A stretch of 64,000 nt of DNA, taken from contig OY970166.1 in NCBI GenBank assembly GCA_963706595.1, forward strand, positions 3,744,001 to 3,808,000, written 5' to 3'. This document shows positions 30,487 to 41,974 of this stretch, piece by piece. The notes beneath the pieces were generated by a model that ran no database searches, had not been told where the DNA came from, and saw nothing but the letters and a program-made list of their open reading frames with translations. Every line of letters begins with the position of its first letter. Within the stretch, counting starts at the first letter, position 1. Source of the DNA: an uncultured cyanobacterium (GTDB taxonomy: Bacteria; Cyanobacteriota; Cyanobacteriia; Cyanobacteriales; Nostocaceae). A program made the translations under genes and the position numbers.

Positions 30487-31020
30487 ATGGCGTGGATATT
30501 TAGTTTATCGGCAGAGTGTGGCTCTGATGAAAGCAGTGCTAAGGAATTGGCTAACTATCTGGGGGCAACGACTTTTGCATTGAAACTCTCAGATAATCGT
30601 ATACACCTATGTTGCACAGACACTTTTCAAGATATAGAAAATAATTGGTGGTGTCGCCTTTACCCAGATAATATTAGTGAAGTGGGCATAGATAGCCCTG
30701 AAAGTGCTTATTTAATGACAGAGTTAGGTCTTTTATTCTATGAAGCTCTAAAGTTTGATTCTACATTTCGTTATGCTTTAGTTGGTGTAGAAGTTGATGA
30801 ATTTAGAACCTATAGTGAACTGATTGAAGATTTGCCTAATTTATCTATTCCAGGATTAGTTTTGTCTAAAGCACTTAAACAGGAAGTAGAAACATTACCA
30901 GTTTTCCAACCATTTAGTGATGGTTATGTTTGGCAACCTTATCAGGGAGAAGTTTACAATCCATTAATGGTATCTCCAGAGTTAAAAAGTAAACTTGATC
31001 AACTTTCAGCTTTGAGTTGA
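30487..31020 (+). CDS. Acidic hypothetical protein (candidate immunity protein)
   Basis: 177 aa, 26 nt downstream of previous gene, AGGAG upstream. Confidence 0.65.
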   Translation: MAWIFSLSAECGSDESSAKELANYLGATTFALKLSDNRIHLCCTDTFQDIENNWWCRLYPDNISEVGIDSPESAYLMTELGLLFYEALKFDSTFRYALVGVEVDEFRTYSELIEDLPNLSIPGLVLSKALKQEVETLPVFQPFSDGYVWQPYQGEVYNPLMVSPELKSKLDQLSALS

Positions 31021-31225
31021 ATTTAAGCATTTTGTATTTCTTCTGATTGTTTAAGGAAAAAAATACTGCTGATACTATACGATGTATAGCATTTTCTAAT
31101 CTGCTGAGTTACACCTAATTAATTCTTCTCTCTGCGCCCTCTGCGCCTCTGCGGTTCGATTTCCAAAAAAAACAGCCACCTCCATTAGGAAGCAGCTATT
31201 TTTCAATTTATGTGGCTATAGACTA

Positions 31226-32875
<1,650 letters not shown>

Positions 32876-32906
32876 TCAGGGAGTAAGTCAATTTGATTTG
32901 GAATTA

Positions 32907-32978
32907 GGCGTTGGGCGTTGGGCGTTGGGCGTTGGGCGTTTTTCTTCCCCACTCCCTACTCCCTACTCCCTATTCCCC
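32907..32978. repeat. Heptamer repeats (GGGCGTT)n and (CTCCCTA)n between groES and groEL
   Basis: Directly visible tandem heptamers. Confidence 0.85.
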
Positions 32979-32979
32979 A

Positions 32980-33291
32980 TTACATGACGACTGCTAAGAT
33001 GTCTTTTTCTGAAAGCAGTACGTATTCTTCTGTTCCGAGCTTGATATCAGTGCCAGCGTACTTGGAGTACAACACTTTATCGCCGGTTTTGATGTCTAAT
33101 TCTTGACGGCTACCGTCATCATTACGCTTGCCAGGTCCAAGAGCGACTACTTCGCCTACTTGGGGTTTTTCCTGGGCATTATCGGGTAAAAACAGTCCAC
33201 CTGCGGTCTTTTCTTCGGGGGCGCTCACTTTTACGAAAACGCGATCGCCTAGGGGTTTAACTGTGGAAACGCTTAAAGTTACAGCTGCCAT
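32980..33291 (-). CDS. groES: Co-chaperonin GroES
   Basis: [22 protein letters not shown]. Confidence 0.99.
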   Translation of the reverse strand: MAAVTLSVSTVKPLGDRVFVKVSAPEEKTAGGLFLPDNAQEKPQVGEVVALGPGKRNDDGSRQELDIKTGDKVLYSKYAGTDIKLGTEEYVLLSEKDILAVVM

Positions 33292-33334
33292 AAATATTTA
33301 TTTTCTTTTCTCTTCTCTTAGAGTTTTCTTAGAG

Positions 33335-33361
33335 TTAGCACTCTCAACTCCTGAGTGCTAA
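33335..33361. promoter_or_regulatory. CIRCE element (HrcA operator)
   Basis: Perfect TTAGCACTC-N9-GAGTGCTAA upstream of groES. Confidence 0.97.
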
Positions 33362-33400
33362 TCTACCTAAAATCAACAGACAATGGCAACGAGGACTTGA

Positions 33401-33416
33401 GTACGGGTTCCCGCAC
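33401..33416 (-). promoter_or_regulatory. K-box-like element of cyanobacterial groESL promoter
   Basis: Minus strand GTGCGG-GAAC-CCGTAC versus consensus GTTCGG-NNAN-CCNNAC (1 mismatch). Confidence 0.6.
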
Positions 33417-33885
33417 TAGGCGATCGCTCAATTACTTAAGTACAAATACTCAAATATTTTTATCTATCGGGTTTTGCTCGGTAAGTTACGAATATTCTTT
33501 TATCGCTAAATTTATTTGCAAAGCCGGGAAATTGTTATAGAACTGTAATCAGGGTGCTTCGTGATGAGTAAGATTACAGTGATCCAGTGCCGCCGTCAAA
33601 TCCCCAAAATCACTCAGCCTCTGGACGACAAAGCCTTAAGTAATTGTGTAGAAACTTTAGGACTGGCAAAAATTCAGCGACACATTTTGATCTTTGCTGA
33701 CGAGACAGTTGCTAACTTATGTGCAAAACAAGTTAGTCTGGGATCTTGGGAATACCTAAGAAAAACGGCGAATTCAAGAATTAAAACTTGATCAGCACCA
33801 AGACAGTTTCCCATTTGCATCGTTAGGACTAAAGCCAATTGCTTGCGAGTTTGTGGTTCTAGACCGATAATGGTGTTCTACCCAG

Positions 33886-34068
33886 ATGGTGCCTGGTATT
33901 GCCTTTGCAAAACCAGAAGTTATTGAGCAAATCATCCCAGAACACTTGATAGGCATGATGATGGTGGAAGAATATACATTTTTAACCCATCTTTTGCCGA
34001 AAATCTCCCTACTTGCTTGTAAACCTTTGATAAAGGCTGAACATCCGCAGGATATGATAAAGCAGTAA
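33886..34068 (+). CDS. Possible small hypothetical protein
   Basis: 60-aa ATG ORF in a long intergenic region; no recognisable motif. Confidence 0.3.
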   Translation: MVPGIAFAKPEVIEQIIPEHLIGMMMVEEYTFLTHLLPKISLLACKPLIKAEHPQDMIKQ

Positions 34069-34364
34069 GCATCTGAAAGCGCGGGTTGTTTTGAAGTTAG
34101 GGTCATCTTGAGCCAATACGTACCTCATGAATCGGAAAGATGATATTTAATCAGTGTTTTTTCACCCGCCCCTTTCAAAGCGATATATAATAGCGCATTA
34201 TAAATACTATTGCTCTACGTATCCTTACCGGAGTCTACCAATGAGATGGAAGTTTCATAGAAAGTGTTCACCACTTTTGAAATTTCCCGCAAAACAAAGG
34301 CAAGTTAAGTAGGATAAAGGACAACATCTCAATGATCCACCATAAAGGATAACCATTCAAGACC

Positions 34365-35045
34365 TTGATGGACCGAAGCGCGACAAGTGCCACTGCTATG
34401 AAAGAACCCAGCATGAAAGATCATAAAAGACTGCTACTGATTGATGACGACCCTAACCTCATCTTGCTGGTGAAGGATTACCTGGAATTCAGAGGCTATG
34501 AAGTCAACACTGCCGAAAATGGAAGAGAAGCCCTGGATATTCTTGAACAAGATATTCCAGATATGATCATCTGTGACGTAATGATGCCGGAAATGGACGG
34601 ATACACTTTTGTAGAACAAGTCCGACAAAATGAACGCACCGGCTGGATTCCCGTACTTTTCCTCTCAGCCAAAGGACAAAGTGCAGACCGAGTTAAAGGT
34701 CTGAATAAAGGGGCTGACGTATATATGGTCAAGCCCTTTGAACCAGAAGAACTCGTAGCACAAGTAGAATCTTCCCTGAAGCAAACTACTCGTTGGAAAG
34801 AACACCAAGCCAAAGGAGGCGAAAACGGTTCCCGTATTCAGGTTCCCTTTGATGTCCAGTTAACCCCAACAGAACTGAAAGTAGTACAGTTTGTGGCTAG
34901 GGGTTTAGCTAATCGGGAAATTGCTGAAGAATTAAACGTTAGTCAGCGTACAGTTGAAAGCCATGTGTCCAATATGTTGGGTAAAACCAACCTCCACAAC
35001 CGCACCGAACTAGCGCGTTGGGCGATTGAAAATCAAATGGCTTAA
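34365..35045 (+). CDS. NarL/LuxR-family response regulator (Rre1/Ycf29-like)
   Basis: LLIDDD, CDVMMP receiver; LTPTELKV...NREIAEEL..SQRTVESH HTH. Confidence 0.92.
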   Translation: MMDRSATSATAMKEPSMKDHKRLLLIDDDPNLILLVKDYLEFRGYEVNTAENGREALDILEQDIPDMIICDVMMPEMDGYTFVEQVRQNERTGWIPVLFLSAKGQSADRVKGLNKGADVYMVKPFEPEELVAQVESSLKQTTRWKEHQAKGGENGSRIQVPFDVQLTPTELKVVQFVARGLANREIAEELNVSQRTVESHVSNMLGKTNLHNRTELARWAIENQMA

Positions 35046-35331
35046 ACCCTCAGCTAATTTCTGAAGTTCAGAGTTTTGAGTTAGAACACAGTAGCCCAAA
35101 ACTCAAGCTGGTTATGGCATTTTGACTTCAGGTTGAAAGCTAATAGATTATGAATTGTGAAGCTAAATTTGGATTTTTTTAATTCAAACTTCATAATTCA
35201 TAATTCATCATACAGTCCTCAACTGCGATGTTCCAACCCGGATATCACCTAAAATTATCACTACATCACCCCACGCAAATCTTCCATCTGGGCAACTGGA
35301 AATAACCGTGTGGCTTTTGCCTCTTACCTGA

Positions 35332-35625
35332 CTAAGTAACTAAAACATACGGTTTAATACTTTCTCGAATCGCTTTACCGTTTGTTTGTTCAGCTACCTT
35401 AAGTTCATAATTCTTTTGAAGATTCATCCAAAGTTCAGCACCAGTGCCAAAATAATAACCTAACCTTAAAGCTGTATCGGCTGTTATCCCTCTTTGTCCA
35501 TTAATGATTTCAGTGATTCTATTTTTTGGGACATTGAGTTTACCAGCTAATTCACTAGCAGTTATGCCCAGTTGATTAATTTCATCAGCCAGAATTTCCC
35601 CAGGGTGAATAGGCGGACGTGCCAT
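35332..35625 (-). CDS. higA: HigA-family antitoxin
   Basis: PIHPGEIL, ITADTALRL, WMNLQ. Confidence 0.93.
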   Translation of the reverse strand: MARPPIHPGEILADEINQLGITASELAGKLNVPKNRITEIINGQRGITADTALRLGYYFGTGAELWMNLQKNYELKVAEQTNGKAIRESIKPYVLVT

Positions 35626-35636
35626 AAAATTCTCCT

Positions 35637-35873
35637 TTAGTGATAATCTACGATTTCAATGTTGAAGGGTGTAGGAGAATCATCAGGCCAATTAAAACAA
35701 ATGCGCCATTTATTATTTATTCGGATACTCTACTGACCCTTTCTGTCTCCTGATAAAGCTTCAAAACGATTACTTGGCAGTTGCATTAATGCTTCCTTGT
35801 TAGGGGCAGCTTCTAAAATGTCTAGACGTTTATACGCCTGCCTTTCAAAAGCCTGAAACTCTGACGGAGACAT
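35637..35873 (-). pseudogene. higB: HigB-family toxin pseudogene (internal stop, short N-terminus)
   Basis: My translation: ...PSNRFEALSGDRKGQ*SIRINNKWRICF...EIVDYH; TAG at 35730-35732 where Tyr is expected. Confidence 0.88.
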
Positions 35874-36001
35874 ATCAAAACCAACAGCACAGCAATAAAA
35901 AGAAACCAGAGTTATGGGTTACGTAACTTGTAACTCATCCAATCATAACAAGGGATAAATCTTGGTTTTGCTGCACAAACTTAGCCTAACCTTTTATTTG
36001 G

Positions 36002-36081
36002 GTAGGGTGCGTTATGGACTTTAGTCCTAACGCACCGATAATCTAGAATGGTGCGTTGCGCTACGCGACAACACACCCTAC
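36002..36081. repeat. GTAG-type REP doublet
   Basis: GTAGGGTGCGTTA...TAACGCACC...GGTGCGTT...AACACACCCTAC. Confidence 0.8.
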
Positions 36082-36213
36082 AAAACATAATTTTGACTTA
36101 CCGAATCATTTGTGTTTACACCGTAGCCTTGCAGGGGAGAAGAATGGAAGCGGGGTTTTCCAGATCCCTTGAAAAGTAAGGACAATCCCCGACAATACTA
36201 CAATGCTACATTA

Positions 36214-37605
36214 CTAAAACTCGGCGCTTTGGGGTGTGCGAGGGAACGGTATGACATCACGGATATTCGCCATACCTGTCATAAATTGCACGAGTCTTTC
36301 AAAACCTAAGCCGAAACCAGCATGGGGAACACTACCATAACGGCGCAAATCCATATACCACCATAAGTCTTCTGGCTGCATTCCTTGGGCTAAAATGCGG
36401 CGTTCTAACACTTCTAGGCGTTCTTCTCTTTGGGAACCGCCAATAATTTCGCCAATTTTAGGTGCAAGAATATCCATTGCGCGCACGGTTTTTTCGTCAT
36501 CGTTCACACGCATATAAAAGGCTTTGATTTGCGCCGGGTAATCTGTGACAATTACGGGTTTTTTAAACAGTTGTTCGGCTAGATAGCGTTCGTGTTCTGA
36601 TTGCAAATCTAAGCCCCAACTGACTGGATATTCAAATTTAACATCGGCTTTTTCTAATAATTTGACGGCTTCTGTATAAGTTAAGCGCTCAAATTGATTA
36701 TTAATAATATTGTCGGCTGTTTCTAAGACGGTTTTATCAATGCGCTGGTTGAAAAATTCCATGTCTTCTGGGCATTTTTCTAAGACATATTTAAAAACGT
36801 GTTTCAGAAATGCTTCGGCTAAATCCATGTTCCCTTCTAGGTCACAAAATGCCATTTCTGGCTCGACCATCCAAAATTCGGCGAGGTGGCGGGAGGTGTT
36901 AGAATTTTCTGCACGGAAGGTGGGGGCGAAGGTGTAGACGTTAGAAAAGGCCATGGCCATGACTTCTGCTTCTAACTGTCCGCTAACTGTTAAATATGTG
37001 GGTTTTCCGAAAAAGTCTTGTGTGTAATCTACTGCTTCGCTTTTTGTGCGGGGAATGTTTTTTAAATCTAAGCTGGTAACGCTGAATAGTTCTCCTGCGC
37101 CTTCGCAGTCGTTAGCTGTAATGATGGGTGTATGTACCCATAAAAAGCCTCTTTGTTGGAAAAATTCGTGAATGGCCGCAGAACAGGCGTTTCTGACTCG
37201 GAAAACTGCACCAAAGGAATTAGTGCGCGATCGCAAGTGTCCAATTGTGCGTAAAAATTCAAAGGAGTGGCGTTTTTTTTGCAGAGGATAAGTTTCGGGA
37301 TCAGCTTCTCCGTAGACCTTCACGGCTTGGGCTTGTAATTCAATGCGCTGTCCCTTACCTTGAGAAGCTACCAGTACCCCACTGACTTCTACAGCCGCAC
37401 CTGTATTCAGTTTTTTGATGATTTCTTCGTAGTCTGGCAAATCCTGATTAATGACGGCTTGCAAATTAGCTAGAGATGAACCGTCGTTGACTTCGATAAA
37501 AGCAAATCCTTTTAACTCGCGTTTTGTTCTTACCCAGCCTTGAATGATGAGAGAATCATCAGGTTCACCACTCCGCAATACTTCGGCAATTCGTCGGTTT
37601 AACAT
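36214..37605 (-). CDS. asnS: Asparagine--tRNA ligase
   Basis: [43 protein letters not shown]. Confidence 0.99.
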   Translation of the reverse strand: MLNRRIAEVLRSGEPDDSLIIQGWVRTKRELKGFAFIEVNDGSSLANLQAVINQDLPDYEEIIKKLNTGAAVEVSGVLVASQGKGQRIELQAQAVKVYGEADPETYPLQKKRHSFEFLRTIGHLRSRTNSFGAVFRVRNACSAAIHEFFQQRGFLWVHTPIITANDCEGAGELFSVTSLDLKNIPRTKSEAVDYTQDFFGKPTYLTVSGQLEAEVMAMAFSNVYTFAPTFRAENSNTSRHLAEFWMVEPEMAFCDLEGNMDLAEAFLKHVFKYVLEKCPEDMEFFNQRIDKTVLETADNIINNQFERLTYTEAVKLLEKADVKFEYPVSWGLDLQSEHERYLAEQLFKKPVIVTDYPAQIKAFYMRVNDDEKTVRAMDILAPKIGEIIGGSQREERLEVLERRILAQGMQPEDLWWYMDLRRYGSVPHAGFGLGFERLVQFMTGMANIRDVIPFPRTPQSAEF

Positions 37606-37689
37606 ATTATATAACTAGTATTTTGTCAAGTCAGATCAGACAGATATTAAATAATATTAACATTTAACTTAATCCTGCCAAGATTGGGA

Positions 37690-38058
37690 TTACCCGGCAC
37701 AGGATTTTAATATCCAGCCTATGATAACGCCCATACCACCAAAGCGGACAGCTTGCCAGAAAGGTTTTTTCAGACTGCGCCAAGAAAATAACTGGCTTTC
37801 TAAGTTAATTTCTAGGGCTTCTAACTGCTGTTGAATCTGCTGTAATTCTGCTTTGATTTCTGGTGTCTGGTGTTTATTTTGTTGTAATTCGTGACGATGC
37901 TGTTGCCATTGTGCCTTTTTTTGGCGATCGCTCTGCACTTGATTGTAACGTTCCTTTAAGGCGACAAGCGATCGCTCAACATCCTCTAGTTCTTCCTCAA
38001 AATCCGGTTCCTGATTTGACCCTGACGGCTGTGATTGTTTAGGCGGCTTCATTTTCAA
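37690..38058 (-). CDS. Coiled-coil hypothetical protein with C-terminal hydrophobic segment
   Basis: 122 aa; FWQAVRFGGMGVIIGWILK. Confidence 0.75.
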   Translation of the reverse strand: MKMKPPKQSQPSGSNQEPDFEEELEDVERSLVALKERYNQVQSDRQKKAQWQQHRHELQQNKHQTPEIKAELQQIQQQLEALEINLESQLFSWRSLKKPFWQAVRFGGMGVIIGWILKSCAG

Positions 38059-38139
38059 GTAGTAAACTATGATTAAATGCTAGTCAATACTCAAAATTTT
38101 AACTTTTGACTCAGCACTCAGCACTCACCAATTAAAATC

Positions 38140-38436
38140 ATGTCGAAATCTACCCAGCTTCCTAAAACCAGTCAACTGAATGAAGTTAGCACCTTAGAAC
38201 TAGCCCAAGCTCTGATGGAAAGGCTAAGTATCTCACCTAACGATTGGCATCGCCTCAAGTCTAACCGCAATTCTCGCGCTAGTGAACAAGCAGCCGCAGC
38301 AGTTTTGTATCTCGTCCAAAATCAGCCACAAGAAGCCATAGTTAGATTAGAACAAGCCGTTGGCTGGTTAGATAAGTCAATTTCCGCGCCTCCCTGTGAA
38401 AGTCACGGGAATAAGGGAGTGGGGAGTAGGGAGTAG
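38140..38436 (+). CDS. Conserved cyanobacterial protein (DUF6439-like)
   Basis: DWHRLKSNR, AVGWLDKSISAPPC..HG. Confidence 0.75.
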   Translation: MSKSTQLPKTSQLNEVSTLELAQALMERLSISPNDWHRLKSNRNSRASEQAAAAVLYLVQNQPQEAIVRLEQAVGWLDKSISAPPCESHGNKGVGSRE

Positions 38437-38508
38437 GGGGAAGAAGCAGGGGAGCAGGGAGCAGGGGAGAAGAAGCAGGGGAGCAGGGAGCAGGGAGCAG
38501 GGGGGAAG
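38415..38508. repeat. STRR heptamer tract
   Basis: GGGAGTA / GGGAGCA repeats. Confidence 0.85.
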
Positions 38509-38659
38509 GAATTTCTCAATCCTAGTTCCCGGTTCCGCACAGCATAAATAAACCAACCATTCCCAATCAATCAAAAGCCTATAGATTAAGTTTTTTGACT
38601 TTTGACCCTTCGACTGCGCTCAGGGTAAACTTTTGACTTTTGACTTCCGCTCTGCGGCC

Positions 38660-39109
38660 TTAGCGTCTCAAAGACAAACGAGGGCGATTTGCCATTTCTT
38701 TACAAAGTCTCAATTCTGTACCTTTACGATTCCACTCTACTTGATCGAAAATTTGGTGCAGAAGACATAAACCACGACCATTTTCTGACTCATCGGGTGG
38801 TAAATAATCGGTTGGTTCTTCATCGTTAGTAGATGCGGGAATAAAACCTTGTCCTTGGTCTGATATTACCCACCAATACTGATTATCTATTAAGGAAAAC
38901 CGGACTACAACTGTTTTACTAGGATCAAGATTATTACCGTGTTTGGCTGCATTGACTAAGGCTTCTTGGAGTCCTAGCCTGAGTTCTGCTTGTAGTTTGG
39001 CGGGAATTTCCGCCAACAGTAAATCTAAAATTGGGCATAGATAAAGAGTTGAGGCGAAACTAATCGTACCCCAATTACGTCCAACCGGACGAAGGGAAAT
39101 GGTAATCAC
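38660..39109 (-). CDS. pmgA: Anti-sigma-factor-like HATPase protein PmgA
   Basis: SFASTLYLCPILDLLL, LQEALVNAAKHGN, DQGQG, GRGL. Confidence 0.85.
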   Translation of the reverse strand: MITISLRPVGRNWGTISFASTLYLCPILDLLLAEIPAKLQAELRLGLQEALVNAAKHGNNLDPSKTVVVRFSLIDNQYWWVISDQGQGFIPASTNDEEPTDYLPPDESENGRGLCLLHQIFDQVEWNRKGTELRLCKEMANRPRLSLRR

Positions 39110-39533
39110 TAGAGAAACCCCGTAGCTTTCAGTTAGCTAGACATCAGTTTGCTAATACAGGCACCCTGATAAAAATTGAGGTGATCGTGCTGCCTTCAAA
39201 CTTGCGTCTTTAAATACTAAATTTTGAAAATGCTAGGGAGCATTGACTCTATTTAACAAATGAGATTGCTGATACATAAAACGGCTATAAAAAAGTTTTC
39301 ATACAGTTAGCAACTCAAAGCTCTGTAAATTTTTGGCAAGAGTAACAGGATGGTTTTGGGATTAGCGATTTTTGCTTTAGACTGCTTTAGACAATCTGAT
39401 TCATCTTGTTTAGAGTTGATGCTACTTGAGTTTTTGTCACAAAATCATTTTTATTTTGACCTTAATTTAATTTTAGCATTTTTGGTATGCAGTAGGCTAG
39501 GAATTTGAAATTTGAGTTTTTGTCCAAGACTCA

Positions 39534-40904
39534 CTAATCCTCTGTCAATGTGAGAGCATCTAGAAAGGCGACAGCTTCTACATGGGCTGTTTGAGGAAAG
39601 AAATCAGCCGGTTGTATCCGTGTAATGGTATATTGCCCATCTTGGCATAACAATTTCAAATCACGCGCCAGAGTGCTTACTTTACAGCTGACGTAAACGA
39701 TGCGTGAAGGTTTCGATCGCAATAAAGAATCGATCACGGCGCGATCGCATCCTTTGCGAGGCGGGTCAAGTAACACTACATCTGGTATAATTCCCATTTC
39801 TGGCAGCAATTTCTCTACTGCGCCTACTTGGAATGTGACATTATTAATGCCATTGATCTGGGCATTCAAAATTGCCTGCTGCACAGCTTCAGGTTGTAAT
39901 TCTATGCCTATGGCTTGGCGGACTTGTTTGGCTAAAGGCAATGTTAAAGTCCCAATACCACAATAAGCATCAACTAGCAACTCATGTCCTTGAAGATTGA
40001 GTTCGGATTGAATTACCTGTAATAGCGCTTCTGCGGTTTCTGTATAAACCTGGAAAAAGGTATCTGGAAGGATTTGAAATTCTAAATCAGCAAATTTTTC
40101 TCGCAGGTAGGGAACGCCAGCAATACAACGAGTTTCAGAACCAAAAATAGCATTTGTGCGATCGCTATTGCGATTTAACGACACACCCATTAATTGGGGA
40201 TAGCGCTTTAACCATTCCTGGGCTTGGGTTTCAATTCCTGATAAATTCCAATCCTTGACTACCAAAGTCAACAACATTTCCCCAGTCCGTCGTCCAATGC
40301 GTAAACCCAGATGGCGGATTTGTCCTTGGTGTTTGCGTTCATCGTAAATTCGCCATCCACGCTGTTGGATGTCTTGTTTGACTTCAGCCAATAAAGGATT
40401 TAAGCGTGAATCTTGAACAGGACATTGATTCAAATTCACTAATTGATGGCTACCTTTTTGGTAGTAACCAGCCTGTACTTGACCTGTGGCGGAAATTCCC
40501 AGAGGATAAGTAGATTTATTGCGATAGCCCAAAGGTGCAGATGCAGTCAGCATCGGATCTACTGGGGGATTGACAAAACCACCAATACGTTGTACAGCTT
40601 GAATAACTTGATTATGCTTTGCTAAAAGCTGATATTCATAATCAATATGTTGCCACTGACAACCTCCACACTTATCAGCCACAATGCAACTCGGACGCAC
40701 CCGATGAGGAGAGGCTTCTAATAGCTCATGCAGTTTGCCGTGAGCATATTTAGGCTTAACGTATACCAAGCGTACTATAGCGCGATCGCCTGGAACCGTA
40801 TCGGGAACAAAAACCACCTGTTCCTCAAAGCGTCCCACACCTTCACCTGTATTACTCAGGTCTGCGATCGCAATTTCAATTAAATCACCCTGTTGTTTAG
40901 TCAT
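39534..40904 (-). CDS. rlmD: 23S rRNA (uracil-C5)-methyltransferase
   Basis: TRAM domain, CGGCQWQH, FFQV, DAYCGIG, LDPPRKG, YVSC, DFFPQTAHVE. Confidence 0.93.
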   Translation of the reverse strand: MTKQQGDLIEIAIADLSNTGEGVGRFEEQVVFVPDTVPGDRAIVRLVYVKPKYAHGKLHELLEASPHRVRPSCIVADKCGGCQWQHIDYEYQLLAKHNQVIQAVQRIGGFVNPPVDPMLTASAPLGYRNKSTYPLGISATGQVQAGYYQKGSHQLVNLNQCPVQDSRLNPLLAEVKQDIQQRGWRIYDERKHQGQIRHLGLRIGRRTGEMLLTLVVKDWNLSGIETQAQEWLKRYPQLMGVSLNRNSDRTNAIFGSETRCIAGVPYLREKFADLEFQILPDTFFQVYTETAEALLQVIQSELNLQGHELLVDAYCGIGTLTLPLAKQVRQAIGIELQPEAVQQAILNAQINGINNVTFQVGAVEKLLPEMGIIPDVVLLDPPRKGCDRAVIDSLLRSKPSRIVYVSCKVSTLARDLKLLCQDGQYTITRIQPADFFPQTAHVEAVAFLDALTLTED

Positions 40905-41010
40905 TAGTCATTAGTTATTAGTCATTGGTCATTAGTCATTAGTCATTGGGAAGTTACCGTCTTCTCCCCCCTGCTCCCTGCTCCCTGCTCCCCTGCCTCT
41001 TCCCCCCCCA
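40898..41010. repeat. Second copy of composite STRR element
   Basis: (GTCATTA)n-GGGAAGTTACCGTCTT-(CCCTGCT)n. Confidence 0.85.
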
Positions 41011-41095
41011 CTCTTCATATTTGTAATTTTCCTTTCTTTGTGTACCTCCAACTCGTTAAACTAGCAAATAATATTTCGTGTGATTGTATATAGCT

Positions 41096-41581
41096 ATGAC
41101 TGTCATTAGCCAAGTTATTCTCAAAGCCGACGACCAACTGCGTTATCCCAGCAGTGGCGAACTCAAAAACATCAAAGACTATTTGCAAACTGGTGTACAA
41201 CGGACGCGCATTGCTGCGACTTTAGCTGAGAACGAAAAAAAGATTGTTCAAGAAGCCACCAAAAAGCTTTGGCAAAAACGCCCAGACTTTATCGCCCCCG
41301 GCGGTAATGCTTATGGTGAACGTCAACGTTCCCTGTGTATCCGTGACTTTGGCTGGTACTTGCGCCTCATTACCTATGGCGTACTCGCTGGCGACAAAGA
41401 TCCAATTGAAAAAATTGGTTTAATTGGCGTGCGAGAAATGTACAATTCGTTAGGTGTTCCGGTTCCAGGTATGGTAGAAGCTATCACTGCCTTGAAAACA
41501 GCCTCTCTTGACTTACTAAGTGCGGAAGATGCAGCCGAAGCAGCACCCTACTTTGATTACATCATCCAAGCGATGTCTTAA
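41096..41581 (+). CDS. apcD: Allophycocyanin-B alpha subunit
   Basis: [40 protein letters not shown]; 161 aa. Confidence 0.95.
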   Translation: MTVISQVILKADDQLRYPSSGELKNIKDYLQTGVQRTRIAATLAENEKKIVQEATKKLWQKRPDFIAPGGNAYGERQRSLCIRDFGWYLRLITYGVLAGDKDPIEKIGLIGVREMYNSLGVPVPGMVEAITALKTASLDLLSAEDAAEAAPYFDYIIQAMS

Positions 41582-41974
41582 TCAAGTTGGTGTTGGTTTT
41601 TGGATTGTAATTCCAATCGACTCAAGTTAATTAGATCCATAAGATTCATCATTTGATCATAACCTCCCCACATTTGGTAATAGCTTTGGCAAAATCTCTG
41701 TCAAGTTATTAACTGGATGTGGGGAAATTTTAACAGATGCTCATCGTGATATAGAAGTCCTAAATCATTTGTGAACCTCTTTCCTTCTTCTCTTGGCGCT
41801 CTTGGCGGCTTGGCGGTTCAATAATTTTGACAATTGGTATCAGCACTCAGCAACTGATAATTTCAGTAGTTCAACAAAACATATCCAAAAAAATATGAAT
41901 TGCATCGAGAAAACTGCACATATAGGTAACTAAATCGATACAATAATTCTCTGTACTCTTGGTGCATTATTTCC

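Noticed and set aside
33540..34110. Several short ORFs between groES and the response regulator
   Set aside because: No motifs and mutually overlapping; only 33886-34068 was kept, at low confidence.
39110..39530. Possible ncRNA upstream of pmgA
   Set aside because: No structure or family motif I can support from the sequence alone.
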